Shown: one piece after another, positions 43,034-54,563 of the stretch
Layout of the letters: each line of letters starts with the position of its first letter
Numbering within the stretch: position 1 is the stretch's first letter
Virus record (IMG/VR): IMGVR_UViG_3300050119_000091
Location: 2,780 to 66,779 of that record
DNA from: a virus
Length of the DNA: 64,000 nucleotides
Reading direction: 5' to 3' (one strand)
Translations under genes and position numbers: made by a program
Notes under the pieces: model-generated
What the model was told of the DNA's origin: nothing
Seen by the model: only the letters and a program-made list of their open reading frames with translations
Database searches by the model: none

Positions 43034-44739
43034 TCGATACCTCAATCCCGCAGCCGCAACCGCTGCCAACGTCGATAGGCGGAAGCCCCGGAACAATGGC
43101 GCTTCAGGGTATCCGATCATCGTCGGATATAGTTGACCATCTGGACAAAGTCCTGAAAGCGCAACCGCCCGAAGTTCAGGCGGCGGTAGATCACGCCCAC
43201 GACATCATGGGACTGAATCCGCCATCTCAAGCCATCGCGGATACGCCGCAATCGGGCGCAACGCAATCTTCGCCCGTTACTGATCCCAGCGTCGCCCAAT
43301 TGCCACTGGCAGCGCCCAGGGCTGATTCTGTGTCGTTACCAGCGTCGTCGCAACCGTCCAGCCCCTCAATAGCGCAACCACTTCCGTCTCGGGCTGAATC
43401 CCCAGTTCAGTCGTCCCTTCAGGCTGCGGGCGTTCCTGAGCATCCAACGACCGCTGCGCTACCGTCAAACCCGCTGGTGGAGAAAATGAGTGATCAGGTT
43501 GCGGCGGGTCCGGGGTGGCACGGAATCCATAATCCATTCCTGAAAGGTCTTGCGGCGGTTGGGGATACAATCGGCAGCGGACTTTTCCCTGAGTTCGCAC
43601 AATTCGTTCCCGGAACTACGGCCCATCACAACGAACTTTTAGGGGAAGAGGAAAACCAACTCGGGCAGGAGCAAAAAGCTACCAAGGCCACCGACGAATC
43701 GCGACTGCAAAACGCACAGGCGGCGGAGCGGGAATCATTACCAGAACTCCACAATACGCAAGCGGAACTCGCTACATCAAAACTGACCCAAGCTAAGGAT
43801 ATTGCGGACGCCAAACAGGGGACGGCGGACGCGAAGCAGGCATTAGCTGACGCCGAAGCAGAACGCAAGCGAGGGGAGAGTCAGCAGAAAATCGCGACGG
43901 GACTCGCGGAGCACGGATTGAAGATGGACCCCGAAACAAAGCAACTGATTCCGCTTCCCTATACCGAAATGTCTGAACCGCAAAAAGCAGCGCATGACCT
44001 GAAGGCTGCGCAGGCTGAATTGACCACCGCGCGCAGTGACTATGTGACGGCACAAAAAGACGGCATCCCGGCAGCGCAGGAATTAGCGCGTAAGCGCGTA
44101 GATGCGGCCCAGGAAAGTGCGGCTACGGCGGCGGGGCGTCTTGGGCTGTCGCGCGACGAATTCAACGCCCAGTTCCTCGGGACGGCCCCTGGCGGCGAAG
44201 CTCTCGCGGGCGGCGAAACGGATGAAAACGGCAAGCCCATAGGTACGAAAGTTGCGGCTGGAAATAAACCGGGAGCAACAGTTCAGGGACGCGCGTCCCA
44301 AGCTGGATCAATTATCGAGGTCGGCAATAACCTTAAAGCCGAAATCGACAAACACAAAGACGCACTCGGAAATCTATCCGATTACTGGAAACAGGCAACC
44401 AACGGAACCCCAATCGCTGACCCGGTAGCGTCTAAGCTGATGTCGGAAATCGCCAGTTACGCGGCGCTTCAACCTGCCATGCACGGTATGCGTGGGGGAC
44501 AGGCAATGAAGGAATTTGAGAAAATGGTTGGCGGTATTCCAAAAGACCCTGAGGCCCTCAAGGCCGCTATCGATGGCATCGGCGAAACTGCCGCCGTGAT
44601 TAAAAAACAGGGGCAACCTGCGCATGCTGGAGTCGGTTCATCCGCGCCGCCAAAGCCCACAACCCAAGCGGAGTACGACGCAATAAAACCAGGCACGGTT
44701 TACGTTGATACTGACGGACAGCAAAAGAAGAAAAAGTAA
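43027..44739 (+). CDS. Ejection (internal virion) protein
   Basis: A/Q-rich helical; EYDAIKPGTVYVDTDG C-terminus. Confidence 0.6.
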   Translation: MLVDTSIPQPQPLPTSIGGSPGTMALQGIRSSSDIVDHLDKVLKAQPPEVQAAVDHAHDIMGLNPPSQAIADTPQSGATQSSPVTDPSVAQLPLAAPRADSVSLPASSQPSSPSIAQPLPSRAESPVQSSLQAAGVPEHPTTAALPSNPLVEKMSDQVAAGPGWHGIHNPFLKGLAAVGDTIGSGLFPEFAQFVPGTTAHHNELLGEEENQLGQEQKATKATDESRLQNAQAAERESLPELHNTQAELATSKLTQAKDIADAKQGTADAKQALADAEAERKRGESQQKIATGLAEHGLKMDPETKQLIPLPYTEMSEPQKAAHDLKAAQAELTTARSDYVTAQKDGIPAAQELARKRVDAAQESAATAAGRLGLSRDEFNAQFLGTAPGGEALAGGETDENGKPIGTKVAAGNKPGATVQGRASQAGSIIEVGNNLKAEIDKHKDALGNLSDYWKQATNGTPIADPVASKLMSEIASYAALQPAMHGMRGGQAMKEFEKMVGGIPKDPEALKAAIDGIGETAAVIKKQGQPAHAGVGSSAPPKPTTQAEYDAIKPGTVYVDTDGQQKKKK

Positions 44740-46364
44740 TGGCCGGATTCGGACAAAACGACGAAGTTGTTTCGCCAAAAACCAAACCGTTTGGCACTAA
44801 CGACGAAGTTGTGCCCGTGGCATCCGAACAACTTCCCGCATACGGCGACAACGCTGCATGGGCTGCTAAGGCAGGGCAAAACCAGAACCCCGGATTCTTT
44901 GATAAGGGCGGAACGGTTGACCGCTTCATCAAGGGTACTGGATTGTCGAACATCCCGAATGATCTATCCGAAAGTGTCGGGAATTTCGTTCACAACCCAA
45001 CGCCGGGAAATCTGCCGATAGTCGGGCCGTCGATTGATTCCGCAACTCGATTACTGACTGGCACAAGCGCCAGCCCGATTCACGATATCGCTAATTCCGT
45101 TCCGATAGTCGGGCCAGCGGCAAACGCAGTAGGCGAATACCTGGCGCGTGGAGAATACCCCGAAGCCGCAGGCGGCGCAACGGCATTGCTTGCGCCTGGA
45201 TTACATGGCGAACCGTCTCCCGGATTGAATCTGGCGGAAGGCGACACTCTAACTCCTGGGTTTGGATCTCGCGCCGCTTCCGGGATGAAAGCGGCTGCGC
45301 CGCAAGTCGGCAAGGGGCTTGCGAAGATCGGAGCGGGAGCGACAGCTTTTGAGGCTATCCCCGGCGAAGCGGGAAGGTTTATCGTGGGTTACCCGCTAGT
45401 GCGGAGCGGAATGCACGATGTGGGGCGAGGTGTATCTGCGGGAATGGAGCAGTTTCGTGGTCCGGTGCAGGGACCGGAGGTTGCACCCAAGGGATTCAAA
45501 TCTCCGTACCCTACGCTTCCATACGAAAATCCAACCCCCTCTCTTATAGAGCGCCCGTCTGGGGTAACTGGCGGTCGTCCACTGCCTCAATCCCCCTCTG
45601 CGGGACCATCTTCGCCCTCCGTTCCTTCAGGGCCAGGCCCCGGATATTCCGGCACGCAGTATCCGCCCGCAACGGGGCGCGGTGGGCTACCGCAATCGCC
45701 ACCAGTTATCATCTCATCGCCTCGCGCCCCTGGCGGGCCATCGTTTCTGATGCCATCGGACTATATAAAAATTCCACAATCCGGGCCACTGGTTGATCCA
45801 TGGAATCGATTCGCGTCAGTCGAACGCCCGCAGCCATCCAGCGCCCAAAGGCCAGATTATTCGCAATTCGTTCCGCCGTTACCATCAGGCGCTCCATCTT
45901 CTTCTGTTATTGAGCCAGGACGCGGGCCTGGATTATGGAGTTCAGGAGACCGCATGGCGGCCAATCCCAGCCCCGTAGAGAAGCCGTTACCCGCGTCCGC
46001 TGCCGAACCACCCTCCGGTGTCATCCGAATCGGCCAGACTCCCGCAGAGGCTGTCCAGTCGGCATCAAATTCAAATGAAGGAACGTTAGGCACGCGCGCA
46101 GCAATGATGCACCAGTTACGCATGGCCGGCCAGCAGATGGGGCCAGACCCGCGAACGGCTTCGATTATCCAAAGATTCGAGAGTCCGGAATACACCCAGC
46201 GTCCCGACCGCGAATTTATTGATCCTCGCGAATCGCAAATAATGGCACAGCCGTTACCATCATCAACCGCCGATACTCCAGCGGCATATCGCGCCCGCGC
46301 CAATGTCAGTCGCGCTAAGTTCGGACCAGACGGCCAAAATAATCAATTAAGACCGAAGAAATAG
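44739..46364 (+). CDS. Ejection (internal virion) protein, Pro-rich
   Basis: FG.NDEVV N-terminal repeat; position. Confidence 0.55.
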   Translation: MAGFGQNDEVVSPKTKPFGTNDEVVPVASEQLPAYGDNAAWAAKAGQNQNPGFFDKGGTVDRFIKGTGLSNIPNDLSESVGNFVHNPTPGNLPIVGPSIDSATRLLTGTSASPIHDIANSVPIVGPAANAVGEYLARGEYPEAAGGATALLAPGLHGEPSPGLNLAEGDTLTPGFGSRAASGMKAAAPQVGKGLAKIGAGATAFEAIPGEAGRFIVGYPLVRSGMHDVGRGVSAGMEQFRGPVQGPEVAPKGFKSPYPTLPYENPTPSLIERPSGVTGGRPLPQSPSAGPSSPSVPSGPGPGYSGTQYPPATGRGGLPQSPPVIISSPRAPGGPSFLMPSDYIKIPQSGPLVDPWNRFASVERPQPSSAQRPDYSQFVPPLPSGAPSSSVIEPGRGPGLWSSGDRMAANPSPVEKPLPASAAEPPSGVIRIGQTPAEAVQSASNSNEGTLGTRAAMMHQLRMAGQQMGPDPRTASIIQRFESPEYTQRPDREFIDPRESQIMAQPLPSSTADTPAAYRARANVSRAKFGPDGQNNQLRPKK

Positions 46365-46374
46365 GAGAAACGAA

Positions 46375-46785
46375 ATGCCATTGTGGGGAACGCCGAAAGC
46401 TGGAGCAAATCCGATATCCGGGTTAAATTTTACGGACCTGCGTCCAGGGGACTACCTGACCCTGTTTGACGGAACGGAAACGATTGCAACTGGATCGAAA
46501 TCAATCGCGTTCGCGCGCGGCGGCTCCGGTTCTGGTGCAGACATGGGCAGCACGTTCGCGGTGACTGGGTGTCCAGGCGGCAGCGTGTTCGACGTGCAGC
46601 AGTCCAACACCAAGACCGATGACGCAGGGTCTCTGGATGCTATGGACGCCACATTTAACACCGTTACGGGCGACACCATCAACGGCAATAATTCCGTCAC
46701 GGATATCGGGCGGTCGATGTTCTATCGGCTGATTTGCACAAACTTCGTTGCTGGTGACGTTCCGATTGCAAACGTGAAGAGGTGA
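46375..46785 (+). CDS. small virion protein
   Basis: AGGAG RBS; beta-rich. Confidence 0.65.
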   Translation: MPLWGTPKAGANPISGLNFTDLRPGDYLTLFDGTETIATGSKSIAFARGGSGSGADMGSTFAVTGCPGGSVFDVQQSNTKTDDAGSLDAMDATFNTVTGDTINGNNSVTDIGRSMFYRLICTNFVAGDVPIANVKR

Positions 46786-46834
46786 TTTAAATGCGAATAC
46801 CGGGATGCGGTGTTTGTGGTAACGGCACATAAGT

Positions 46835-47401
46835 ATGCCAGAACATTACACTGGCAGTCAATCGCTGGCCGCTGTTGCGACGGCTTCGGCTCCGTCGCTT
46901 ACCGAGGGCGCAACAGCCAAGCTATCCACGGATCTTTCCGGAAATCTGCGAACTACCGGGGGCGGCGGTGGTGGTGGAAACGTCACCATCGTCGGGCCGC
47001 TCGGATCGCAACCAGCCGCAGACTCGGTTTCGGTGGCATTGGCATCGGATCAGTTGCCACTGCCGATCACGGGCAGTATTTCTGTAGCTCCGGTTTACTC
47101 GCATACCCTCAACCAGGGAGGATTGCAGACCGTCACCACGGCGGCGGTGTTGCTGGCGGATAATCACACGGGCGCAACCCCGCGCGTCGGATGGGAGATT
47201 CAGAACATCAGCACAGTGGTAGTTCTTATACTTCTCGGGGGCGGAACTCTTTCAGCGGCAAATTATACCTTTGCGCTCCCAGCCTGTGGAACATCAGCGG
47301 ACGGATCCAGCCCGATTTATCGGGATACGCAATGGCAGGGCGAAGTGCAGATTATGGCGGCGACGGGAACCGGAAAAGTAGTGTTTGGTGAGTACGTATG
47401 A
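46835..47401 (+). CDS. virion protein, probable paralog of 47579..48013
   Basis: QTVTTAAVLL..QNIST..ILLG resembles [19 protein letters not shown]. Confidence 0.6.
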   Translation: MPEHYTGSQSLAAVATASAPSLTEGATAKLSTDLSGNLRTTGGGGGGGNVTIVGPLGSQPAADSVSVALASDQLPLPITGSISVAPVYSHTLNQGGLQTVTTAAVLLADNHTGATPRVGWEIQNISTVVVLILLGGGTLSAANYTFALPACGTSADGSSPIYRDTQWQGEVQIMAATGTGKVVFGEYV

Positions 47402-47595
47402 TAGTCGAAATTGAACTGGCGGTTGTGATTGTCCTATTGGCCTGGAGCCCCGTTGTCGAATGGCTGGAGGGCCGCAAGCCATTGCCTCCGACTCCGCAAG
47501 AGCAGGAACAGGCTACACTCGCGGCAGAGCACGCGGAATATCTGAAGATGCGGGCGGCGATTGAGCGGGAGAAAAGCCATGAAGTCAATTCTTAA
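47398..47595 (+). CDS. small membrane protein
   Basis: N-terminal TM; ATGA overlap. Confidence 0.55.
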   Translation: MIVEIELAVVIVLLAWSPVVEWLEGRKPLPPTPQEQEQATLAAEHAEYLKMRAAIEREKSHEVNS

Positions 47596-47994
47596 CTTCT
47601 GCCTGTTCGCAGGCGTCTCGATCTCTCTGTCGGCTCAACAGCCCGTCATCATCAAGGATCAGGGTGGTAGCGGAAACGCTGCTAGTGTAACTAGCGCGGC
47701 GGCGCTTAAGGTTGACAACTCGGCGGTAACGCAGCCAGTGAACGGCATCGGCAATGGGGCGGTGGTGTCGGGCCAGCAGGCTGTAACCGGAACTGCGGCC
47801 GTGCTTGCGTCCAACTCCATCAAGCAGGCTTGCTTCTCCGCGCTCTCAACAAACGTGATAAGCATATTCCTCGGCGCTTCGGGAGTCACTACGTCAACGG
47901 GTTTTGAAATGAAGCCGGGGACAGGAGTGTGTCTGCCTCTAACTAACACCAATTTGATTTTCGTTGTCGCGTCTACCACAGGAGCAACTATCAC

Positions 47995-48013
<19 letters not shown>
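47579..48013 (+). CDS. signal-peptide virion-type protein
   Basis: [19 protein letters not shown]|QQ. Confidence 0.7.
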
Positions 48014-48605
<592 letters not shown>

Positions 48606-48609
<4 letters not shown>

Positions 48610-50195
48610 AAAAGTTTATTCTCGTTTTCCTTATCGCTGCCGGTCAACTGTTCGCGGCTCTCCCCGCGTCTACGGTCTGGGAAGTCCGCACAGGCGGAAG
48701 TGATACCAATGGCGGGGGATTCGTCACTGGCGCATCGGGCACGGACTGGAGCCAGCAGAACGGCACGCAATACTCAGTCACGGATGGGGTGACCCTCGGC
48801 ACCACGACGATAACCAGTGCGACAGCATCGTTCGGAACCGACGTAGTTGGCAATATCATGTACGTGCAGGGCGGGACCGGGAGCATCACTGCCGGGTGGT
48901 ATTGGATCACAGCGCGGGCAAGTGCGACTTCGATCACAGTGGACCGTAGCGCGGGCCTGACCACTGGCACCGGGGTAACGCTGCATATCGGTGGGGCGCT
49001 ATTGAGTCCGGGGATCGCATCTAGCCAGATGGCCGTAAGCGGAATGATTGCGTACCTGCTAAATACTGGTTCTTCTGTATTCTCGATAACGAGCGCCACG
49101 AGCAACATCGCAGGCGGAACGATGTCTCAAAATTTGTCGAACATCGACAATATTTTTGTAGGTTACGCCACCCATAGGAATATATTTAACACAGACACGC
49201 CTCCAACGATTCAGGCAAATGTGGCATCGGCAGTTTTGACCAAGGGCGCCCGAAGCACTTTTTTTAATTTGATATTTGACGGAAATTCACAAGCCTCAAC
49301 CATACTAACTTCCGGTGCGTATTTCTATCGGGTGACGGTGCAGAATTTCGCTGCCGCATCAACTGCATCAACGGTCAATAGTTTTTTCATCGGATGCCTA
49401 GCCACAGGAAACAGCGCTACTGTTTTTCTTGGTGGCCTTGTCGCTTACAGTGAGGCGTATGGCAATACCGCAACTCCAATCAGCGCTGGGACAATCATAC
49501 GAACTTTTTCATACCTCAATACTGGAGCGGGTACGGATGGGGCCGCGAACGTAGCAAGCACAGTGGCTTTTGTGGACGGACTTACGTCAGTGGCGAACGG
49601 GCGACACGGCTACAATGCCGCAGCAGGCGGGATGCACCTTATCGAAAACAGCACACTGCAAAGCAATGCTGGCTTTGGTGTGGTCAGCGGCGGTACGACA
49701 CTGATCTCAAATAATAACGGGTTTTACAATAACGCTTCGGGTCCGGTCAGTCTTACGGCTCCAACCGGATATTCTTTCAACCCAATCACCCTCACTGGCA
49801 CGGCGTTTCCCGGGAGCACGCAAACACCGGCAACTACAACTACCGGTAGTACTTCGGGGGCAAGCACCGCCTTGACGGTGGGTTCCAGTACGGGAATCGC
49901 AGTTGGGCAGCTAATCACAGGAACAAACATCGCGGCGGAAACCTATGTCGCTGCCGTAAGCGGCACAGCGGTAACGCTGTCGATAGCTAGCACTGGAACA
50001 GTGTCAGGCAATGTAAATACGTACCCGGCTGTGTTAAGTCTCAACGCTCTTGCCAGCCAAGGTGCCGCTCTTCGCGCTGCTGCAATCCCGGCGCTCTTCC
50101 CGAGGGGTCTGACGCCGGATTACGCAGACGTGGGAGCAGTGCAGTCACAAGCGACAGCAGGTACCACTCAGTATTCATACGGGTACGCGCAGTGA
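48606..50195 (+). CDS. signal-peptide beta-helix (tailspike-like) protein
   Basis: [17 protein letters not shown]|A; GSDTNGG, FDGNS, NGRHG, YNNASG, DVGAVQ. Confidence 0.75.
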
Positions 50196-50250
50196 TCCGA
50201 TTCCTCCGCGCACTCTTCGCACTCATCGACGATCTGGACGGCCCACGCTC

Positions 50251-51267
50251 GTGAAACTCGCAGCACTCTGTCTTCTGCTCACTATTCCTGTATCCGCCGC
50301 GCTGATAGGGTCAGTAGCGTGGGACGGCCCAACGTCTCCGTCTATCAACACAACGAACGTCACATTGGCGTGCGTGTTCGCCACCGGTCCGGACCCGTTC
50401 ACTCCGGCAATCGCCGACAGCTACAAGAACGTCTGGCACCTCGCCGGAAAGGTTGGCAGTGGATCGCTCACATGTGCATACGGTGCGATCACAGCAGGCC
50501 CTGGGCACGCGGTTACGATCACCAACGCACCGGATGGCGGCGGATATGAGTATGTCTTCATGGCGTTCTCAGGGTTCACCGGCCCGGTAGGCCAGTACTC
50601 GCTCAATGACGACGTTTACGCGGACACGATCCAAGCCGGTCCGGTGACGCCGACAGGGGGTGGAGAACTGGTCATCGTGGGGCTGGACTCCGCGAACGCA
50701 GGACCGGCGCTGAGTATTGATTCCGGACTCACCATCGCGCAGAATATCTACAACACCGAATCAGGAGCAAGCGTTGCCTACTCCGCGACGGTGTCGGCCA
50801 TGCCAATGAACCCGACATGGAAGCTCACGTTGTCAAGTTTCGTCGGCGCACTTACTGCAACTTTCCCGGCTCTCGCGACGCCGACGCTCGCACCGATTAC
50901 GGCTCCGATGACGTGGCCCAATCTCCTGACCGTCACGGCGGCAGGTAGCGTCCTGACCATCGGAGGAGGCTGCACTGTCAGCTCGCCTTGCAATGTGCGG
51001 ATTGGCAGCACGGTCTATGCATTCACCTACCCGGTGACAGCGACCCTGGCTCCAAGCGACTCAGGAACGGCATACGTGTACATCGACGGTGCGACTGGAC
51101 TGACAATAGTCGGAAGCAATATGTCACCGACCTGCGCCGGTGGCTGCGTTGCGCAGGCCGGAATCACGAACTTCCCCACCGACTCATTACCCATTGCGAT
51201 CTGGACGGTCAGTAACGGTACATGGTCACCGGCGGGGATCGACGTCAGGGCTTTGCTGAGTCGCTGA
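50251..51267 (+). CDS. signal-peptide beta-rich protein
   Basis: MKLAALCLLLTIPVSA|A; paired Cys; FPTDSLPIAIW. Confidence 0.7.
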   Translation: MKLAALCLLLTIPVSAALIGSVAWDGPTSPSINTTNVTLACVFATGPDPFTPAIADSYKNVWHLAGKVGSGSLTCAYGAITAGPGHAVTITNAPDGGGYEYVFMAFSGFTGPVGQYSLNDDVYADTIQAGPVTPTGGGELVIVGLDSANAGPALSIDSGLTIAQNIYNTESGASVAYSATVSAMPMNPTWKLTLSSFVGALTATFPALATPTLAPITAPMTWPNLLTVTAAGSVLTIGGGCTVSSPCNVRIGSTVYAFTYPVTATLAPSDSGTAYVYIDGATGLTIVGSNMSPTCAGGCVAQAGITNFPTDSLPIAIWTVSNGTWSPAGIDVRALLSR

Positions 51268-51275
51268 AGGACACC

Positions 51276-51860
51276 ATGAAATTCGCACTTTTTCTGCTCA
51301 CCATCCCGGCATTCTGCCAGGTCATCCCGCAGGTCCACGTCTCCGCGAATCTTCTGTCATCGCAGACGACGGCCAGTATGTTCGGAAGATTGCCGAAGCC
51401 CTACAGCGCGGCGGCCGTCTCCGTGTGCAACGAAACCGCCGCGCCGGTGACGATGGCCCTGGCAGCCGTAGCGCAGAAGGTGGCCGTCACTGGCTACGTG
51501 ATGCTGCCGAAGGACGCCGCACTTTCCGTCATCGCAGCAGCGCAGGGTTCGTCGCTCGGCAGCAAAGTACTCCGGGGCTCGATTGCGGCTGTCCAGATCG
51601 CAGCAATCGCAGCGGGCTGGAGCACGTTGAGCGCGGTGGTAAAAAACACGCTGACATCGGCCGCGTTGGCAGGGGCGTCGGTGGTGAGCGTTCTGGGTAC
51701 GGCGATTCCAAGCCACGTATACCTGACGTTCGATCACGAAGCGCTTCCGGACCCGCTGGTCATTGCCGCCAACGGTTGCGCGTCGGGCGTTGTGATCGTC
51801 GAAGTGTCCAAGACCCCGGGGCTGTCGGTGGCCGTTCCAATGCCGGATGGAGGAAAATGA
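51276..51860 (+). CDS. signal-peptide protein with a hydrophobic central region
   Basis: AAGGA RBS; MKFALFLLTIPAFC|Q. Confidence 0.65.
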   Translation: MKFALFLLTIPAFCQVIPQVHVSANLLSSQTTASMFGRLPKPYSAAAVSVCNETAAPVTMALAAVAQKVAVTGYVMLPKDAALSVIAAAQGSSLGSKVLRGSIAAVQIAAIAAGWSTLSAVVKNTLTSAALAGASVVSVLGTAIPSHVYLTFDHEALPDPLVIAANGCASGVVIVEVSKTPGLSVAVPMPDGGK

Positions 51861-52570
51861 CGTACGACAAAACAGAGGCGCTTACTTTATTATCTCTGTG
51901 TTCCGAGGCCTACATCCTCGCCAACACAGGTCATTGTACGCTGCCGGATGGCTTCTCGACGCCCCTACCTATCCGCCTTAATGGCAAGCGCCCCATCCTG
52001 TTGCGTGGCGACAATCTGGACATCGTGGGCTTCACCTCACAATCGAACGGCGTGACTTACATCGTCTTCCGCGGCACTCAGATTCTTAAGGGTGTCCGAT
52101 TCGCCGAGGAGTGGGTGCTCGATGGCTTCTGCTTCCCGATGGTGGATATGCCGGGGCGCGGGCGCGTTCATCTCGGGTTCAACGATTTTTACAGATGCGC
52201 ACTATCGTCTCTGCTCTCGAATCTGAGGGAGTACCCACTGGGCATGTGCGATGCCCTGATGACTACCGGCCACTCCCTGGGCGCGGCGGCGGCCACTATC
52301 TGTCATGCGAAACTCGGCGGGGATCTACTCACGTTTGGTTCACCAAGAGTTGGCAATAAAGACTTCGCGGAGGGTTTATGGTCCGGCCCGACTATCCGCG
52401 TGACGAATAAGCCAGACGTCGTGCCCGATGTGCCGCTCGACCAGTGGCCGCTCTGGATGTTCCGCCATGGCGGAGAGAACCTGGTGCTGGACGGACCCGG
52501 CGCGGGCCAATGGCACGTCGCGCATAGCCTGGAATCGTATCGGGCAGGAATCGAGTTGCAGGTAGAATAA
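51857..52570 (+). CDS. Class 3 lipase
   Basis: IVFRGT, VHLGF, TGHSLGAA, TFGSPRVGN, DVVPDVP, H..ESY; GGAGG RBS. Confidence 0.9.
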   Translation: MTYDKTEALTLLSLCSEAYILANTGHCTLPDGFSTPLPIRLNGKRPILLRGDNLDIVGFTSQSNGVTYIVFRGTQILKGVRFAEEWVLDGFCFPMVDMPGRGRVHLGFNDFYRCALSSLLSNLREYPLGMCDALMTTGHSLGAAAATICHAKLGGDLLTFGSPRVGNKDFAEGLWSGPTIRVTNKPDVVPDVPLDQWPLWMFRHGGENLVLDGPGAGQWHVAHSLESYRAGIELQVE

Positions 52571-52589
52571 AATTGAGAGAGGAAATAAC

Positions 52590-52832
52590 ATGACATTTAA
52601 TTTTGGATCGTTCATCGTAAAGGCATTTCAGTTGGCGCTCGTGGCCGACCAGGCATACCAGGAGACTCAGGCACCCGGAGCCTCCGCATCGACAATTCTC
52701 CAGCCCAACAACTTCGATAACCTGCTGTTGGAGCTCGCTTCAATTGCAACTCCAGTGGCAAGTACTCCTGTTGCTCCGCCACATCCGAATCCGAATGCCA
52801 TCGCAGGGAAGGCGATCTCGATACAGCCTTAA
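52590..52832 (+). CDS. hypothetical protein
   Basis: GAGGA RBS. Confidence 0.6.
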   Translation: MTFNFGSFIVKAFQLALVADQAYQETQAPGASASTILQPNNFDNLLLELASIATPVASTPVAPPHPNPNAIAGKAISIQP

Positions 52833-52904
52833 AAGTGACGGGAGTCAGCCGCGAGATCCGAAAGGGTGTCGCGGCTTCCGTGCTTTTGCGCTACAATAAT
52901 TCCC

Positions 52905-52988
52905 ATGCGGGACTACTACACCCTGGCGGATCTCCTCGTGGCCTTAGCGGGACTAGCGTTACTTGTGACAGCACTGGTGGCCCGGTAA
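52905..52988 (+). CDS. 27-aa membrane peptide, leaderless (not in track)
   Basis: MRDYYTLADLLVALAGLALLVTALVAR; TACAAT 7 nt upstream; TAATG overlap with the next ORF. Confidence 0.45.
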   Translation: MRDYYTLADLLVALAGLALLVTALVAR

Positions 52989-53218
52989 TGCACGATTCTT
53001 TGAGAATTCCGTGGTACGTTGATGAGGGTCCACCTATGGATACACGCATTGCCCGCAGCGCAAATGCCCTCCGCTATCTCGCGTCGCCAGACAAAATGCA
53101 CGCGACCATTCAGGGACTCGTCTACTCTGTCTTCCTGCCGGAAGGAACAAATAGAGGATGGCGAACCCGCGTGGCAATGATGCGCATGTTCTGGCATATC
53201 ACGAAAGCCGTTCTATGA
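52988..53218 (+). CDS. hypothetical protein
   Basis: Overlap-coupled on both sides. Confidence 0.45.
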   Translation: MHDSLRIPWYVDEGPPMDTRIARSANALRYLASPDKMHATIQGLVYSVFLPEGTNRGWRTRVAMMRMFWHITKAVL

Positions 53219-53451
53219 AGCGAAGCTGGCGCACTACCGCTTCCGGCCTCATTGGCGCTCTCGCGCTCGTCGTGGTTGGAAATCCATCGATCATCCCGGC
53301 GCGGCTGCACTGGATCGTCGTGTTAGCCGGGATCGTGGCGTCGGGCGGCTTCGCTGCGCTCGGGATCGCCGGCAAAGACGCTCAGGTCCACTCCACGCTG
53401 TCCGAGGTCGCGAATGCCAGTCCGATTGCAAATTCCACGGAGAAAACGTGA
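53215..53451 (+). CDS. Holin
   Basis: MKRSWRTT..G, two TM segments, AGKD; near the lysozyme. Confidence 0.7.
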   Translation: MKRSWRTTASGLIGALALVVVGNPSIIPARLHWIVVLAGIVASGGFAALGIAGKDAQVHSTLSEVANASPIANSTEKT

Positions 53452-53679
53452 ACCGCCTGATACTCGAAGCCATAGCGTTCCTGCTCCAACGGGAGATCGC
53501 CCGCATAAAGCGTGAGCCAGCTTCGACAATAAAAGACCGAATGGCAGCGGAGCATCTTTTAGGCCGCGTGGAATATCACATTGCCGCTGGAGAAGAGAAA
53601 GCCGTTAAGCCGTGAGCATCCAGGTTCACTTCAGATCCGCATCGGAGAAGATCCCCGAAGTCTTCGAGGGTCGCACGGC

Positions 53680-54240
53680 ATGACACCCCCCTGCTTCCCG
53701 ACCGACCTCATTTCCGCGTGCCGCGCGTTCACCGGGCCGCAGGAAGGCTGCTCGCTGGCGATGTACCTGGACAACGCGGAAGATCCGAGCGTCACCGTCG
53801 CATGGGGTCACCGGCTCGCGACGATTGAAGACGCCGCGGCGGCCTTCGGGTGCGCCCCGAACGATCCGGAACTTATTCTGGACTGGGACGATATATGCCA
53901 GAAGCCGGGCCTTTCGGCGATGGCCTACAAGAGGTTCACGAAATGGCGGCTGACAGTCGCGCAAGCTGATGCCATTTTCGACGCGGACTTGCAGCAGCAC
54001 ATCGCGAACTGCCAGCATCGCGTTTACGGATTCTACAGGTTTCCGCAACCAGCGCAAGTCGTGTGCGTGGACATCGATCTGAACGTGAAAGGCGGAATCA
54101 TCACCTTCCCGAAGATGACAATGGCAATGGCCGCTGGCGACTGGGCGACCGCTGCCGATGAATCCGACCGCCCACAACTGCCGGCACGATCACTAGCTAC
54201 GCGGAGCCTGCTCCTCAGTCTTATTCGGCCGGTTTCGTAG
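53680..54240 (+). CDS. Lysozyme-like endolysin (GH24)
   Basis: QEG....YLD....VTVAWGH, FPKM..A...GDW..AA.E. Confidence 0.8.
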   Translation: MTPPCFPTDLISACRAFTGPQEGCSLAMYLDNAEDPSVTVAWGHRLATIEDAAAAFGCAPNDPELILDWDDICQKPGLSAMAYKRFTKWRLTVAQADAIFDADLQQHIANCQHRVYGFYRFPQPAQVVCVDIDLNVKGGIITFPKMTMAMAAGDWATAADESDRPQLPARSLATRSLLLSLIRPVS

Positions 54241-54254
54241 GCCAGTGAGGTCAT

Positions 54255-54563
54255 TCAGCATACTTTCCTTTGCGGCAGAAGTGCAGCCAGCGCGTCTATT
54301 GCGACCCACATAGCCCTGTCGATATCGTCAAACTTTGGATCGATGCAGGGCGTGGCCTCAGAGAGTCGGTAAAGGTCCACCAGTTTCTGCGCAGCCTCCA
54401 GCGCCGCATTGCAGGCGTGGGTATTCCACTCGTCGGCAAAGAATCCGATGCCCCGCAGGCGGCACTTCTCATTAACGCACCACGTCAGTTGATGCCCTAT
54501 CACTTGTCTGGGCTGCTGGCCGCAAAACGGGCACGGCTTCAGCACTTCACATTGTTCCGGCAT
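54255..54563 (-). CDS. Lar-like Zn-finger protein
   Basis: LKPCPFCG...WN; GGAG RBS. Confidence 0.6.
   Translation of the reverse strand: MPEQCEVLKPCPFCGQQPRQVIGHQLTWCVNEKCRLRGIGFFADEWNTHACNAALEAAQKLVDLYRLSEATPCIDPKFDDIDRAMWVAIDALAALLPQRKVC

Noticed and set aside
51425-51856. Long N-terminal extension on the lipase ORF
   Set aside because: Overlaps 51276..51860 out of frame; GGAGG plus ATG at 51857 is the better start
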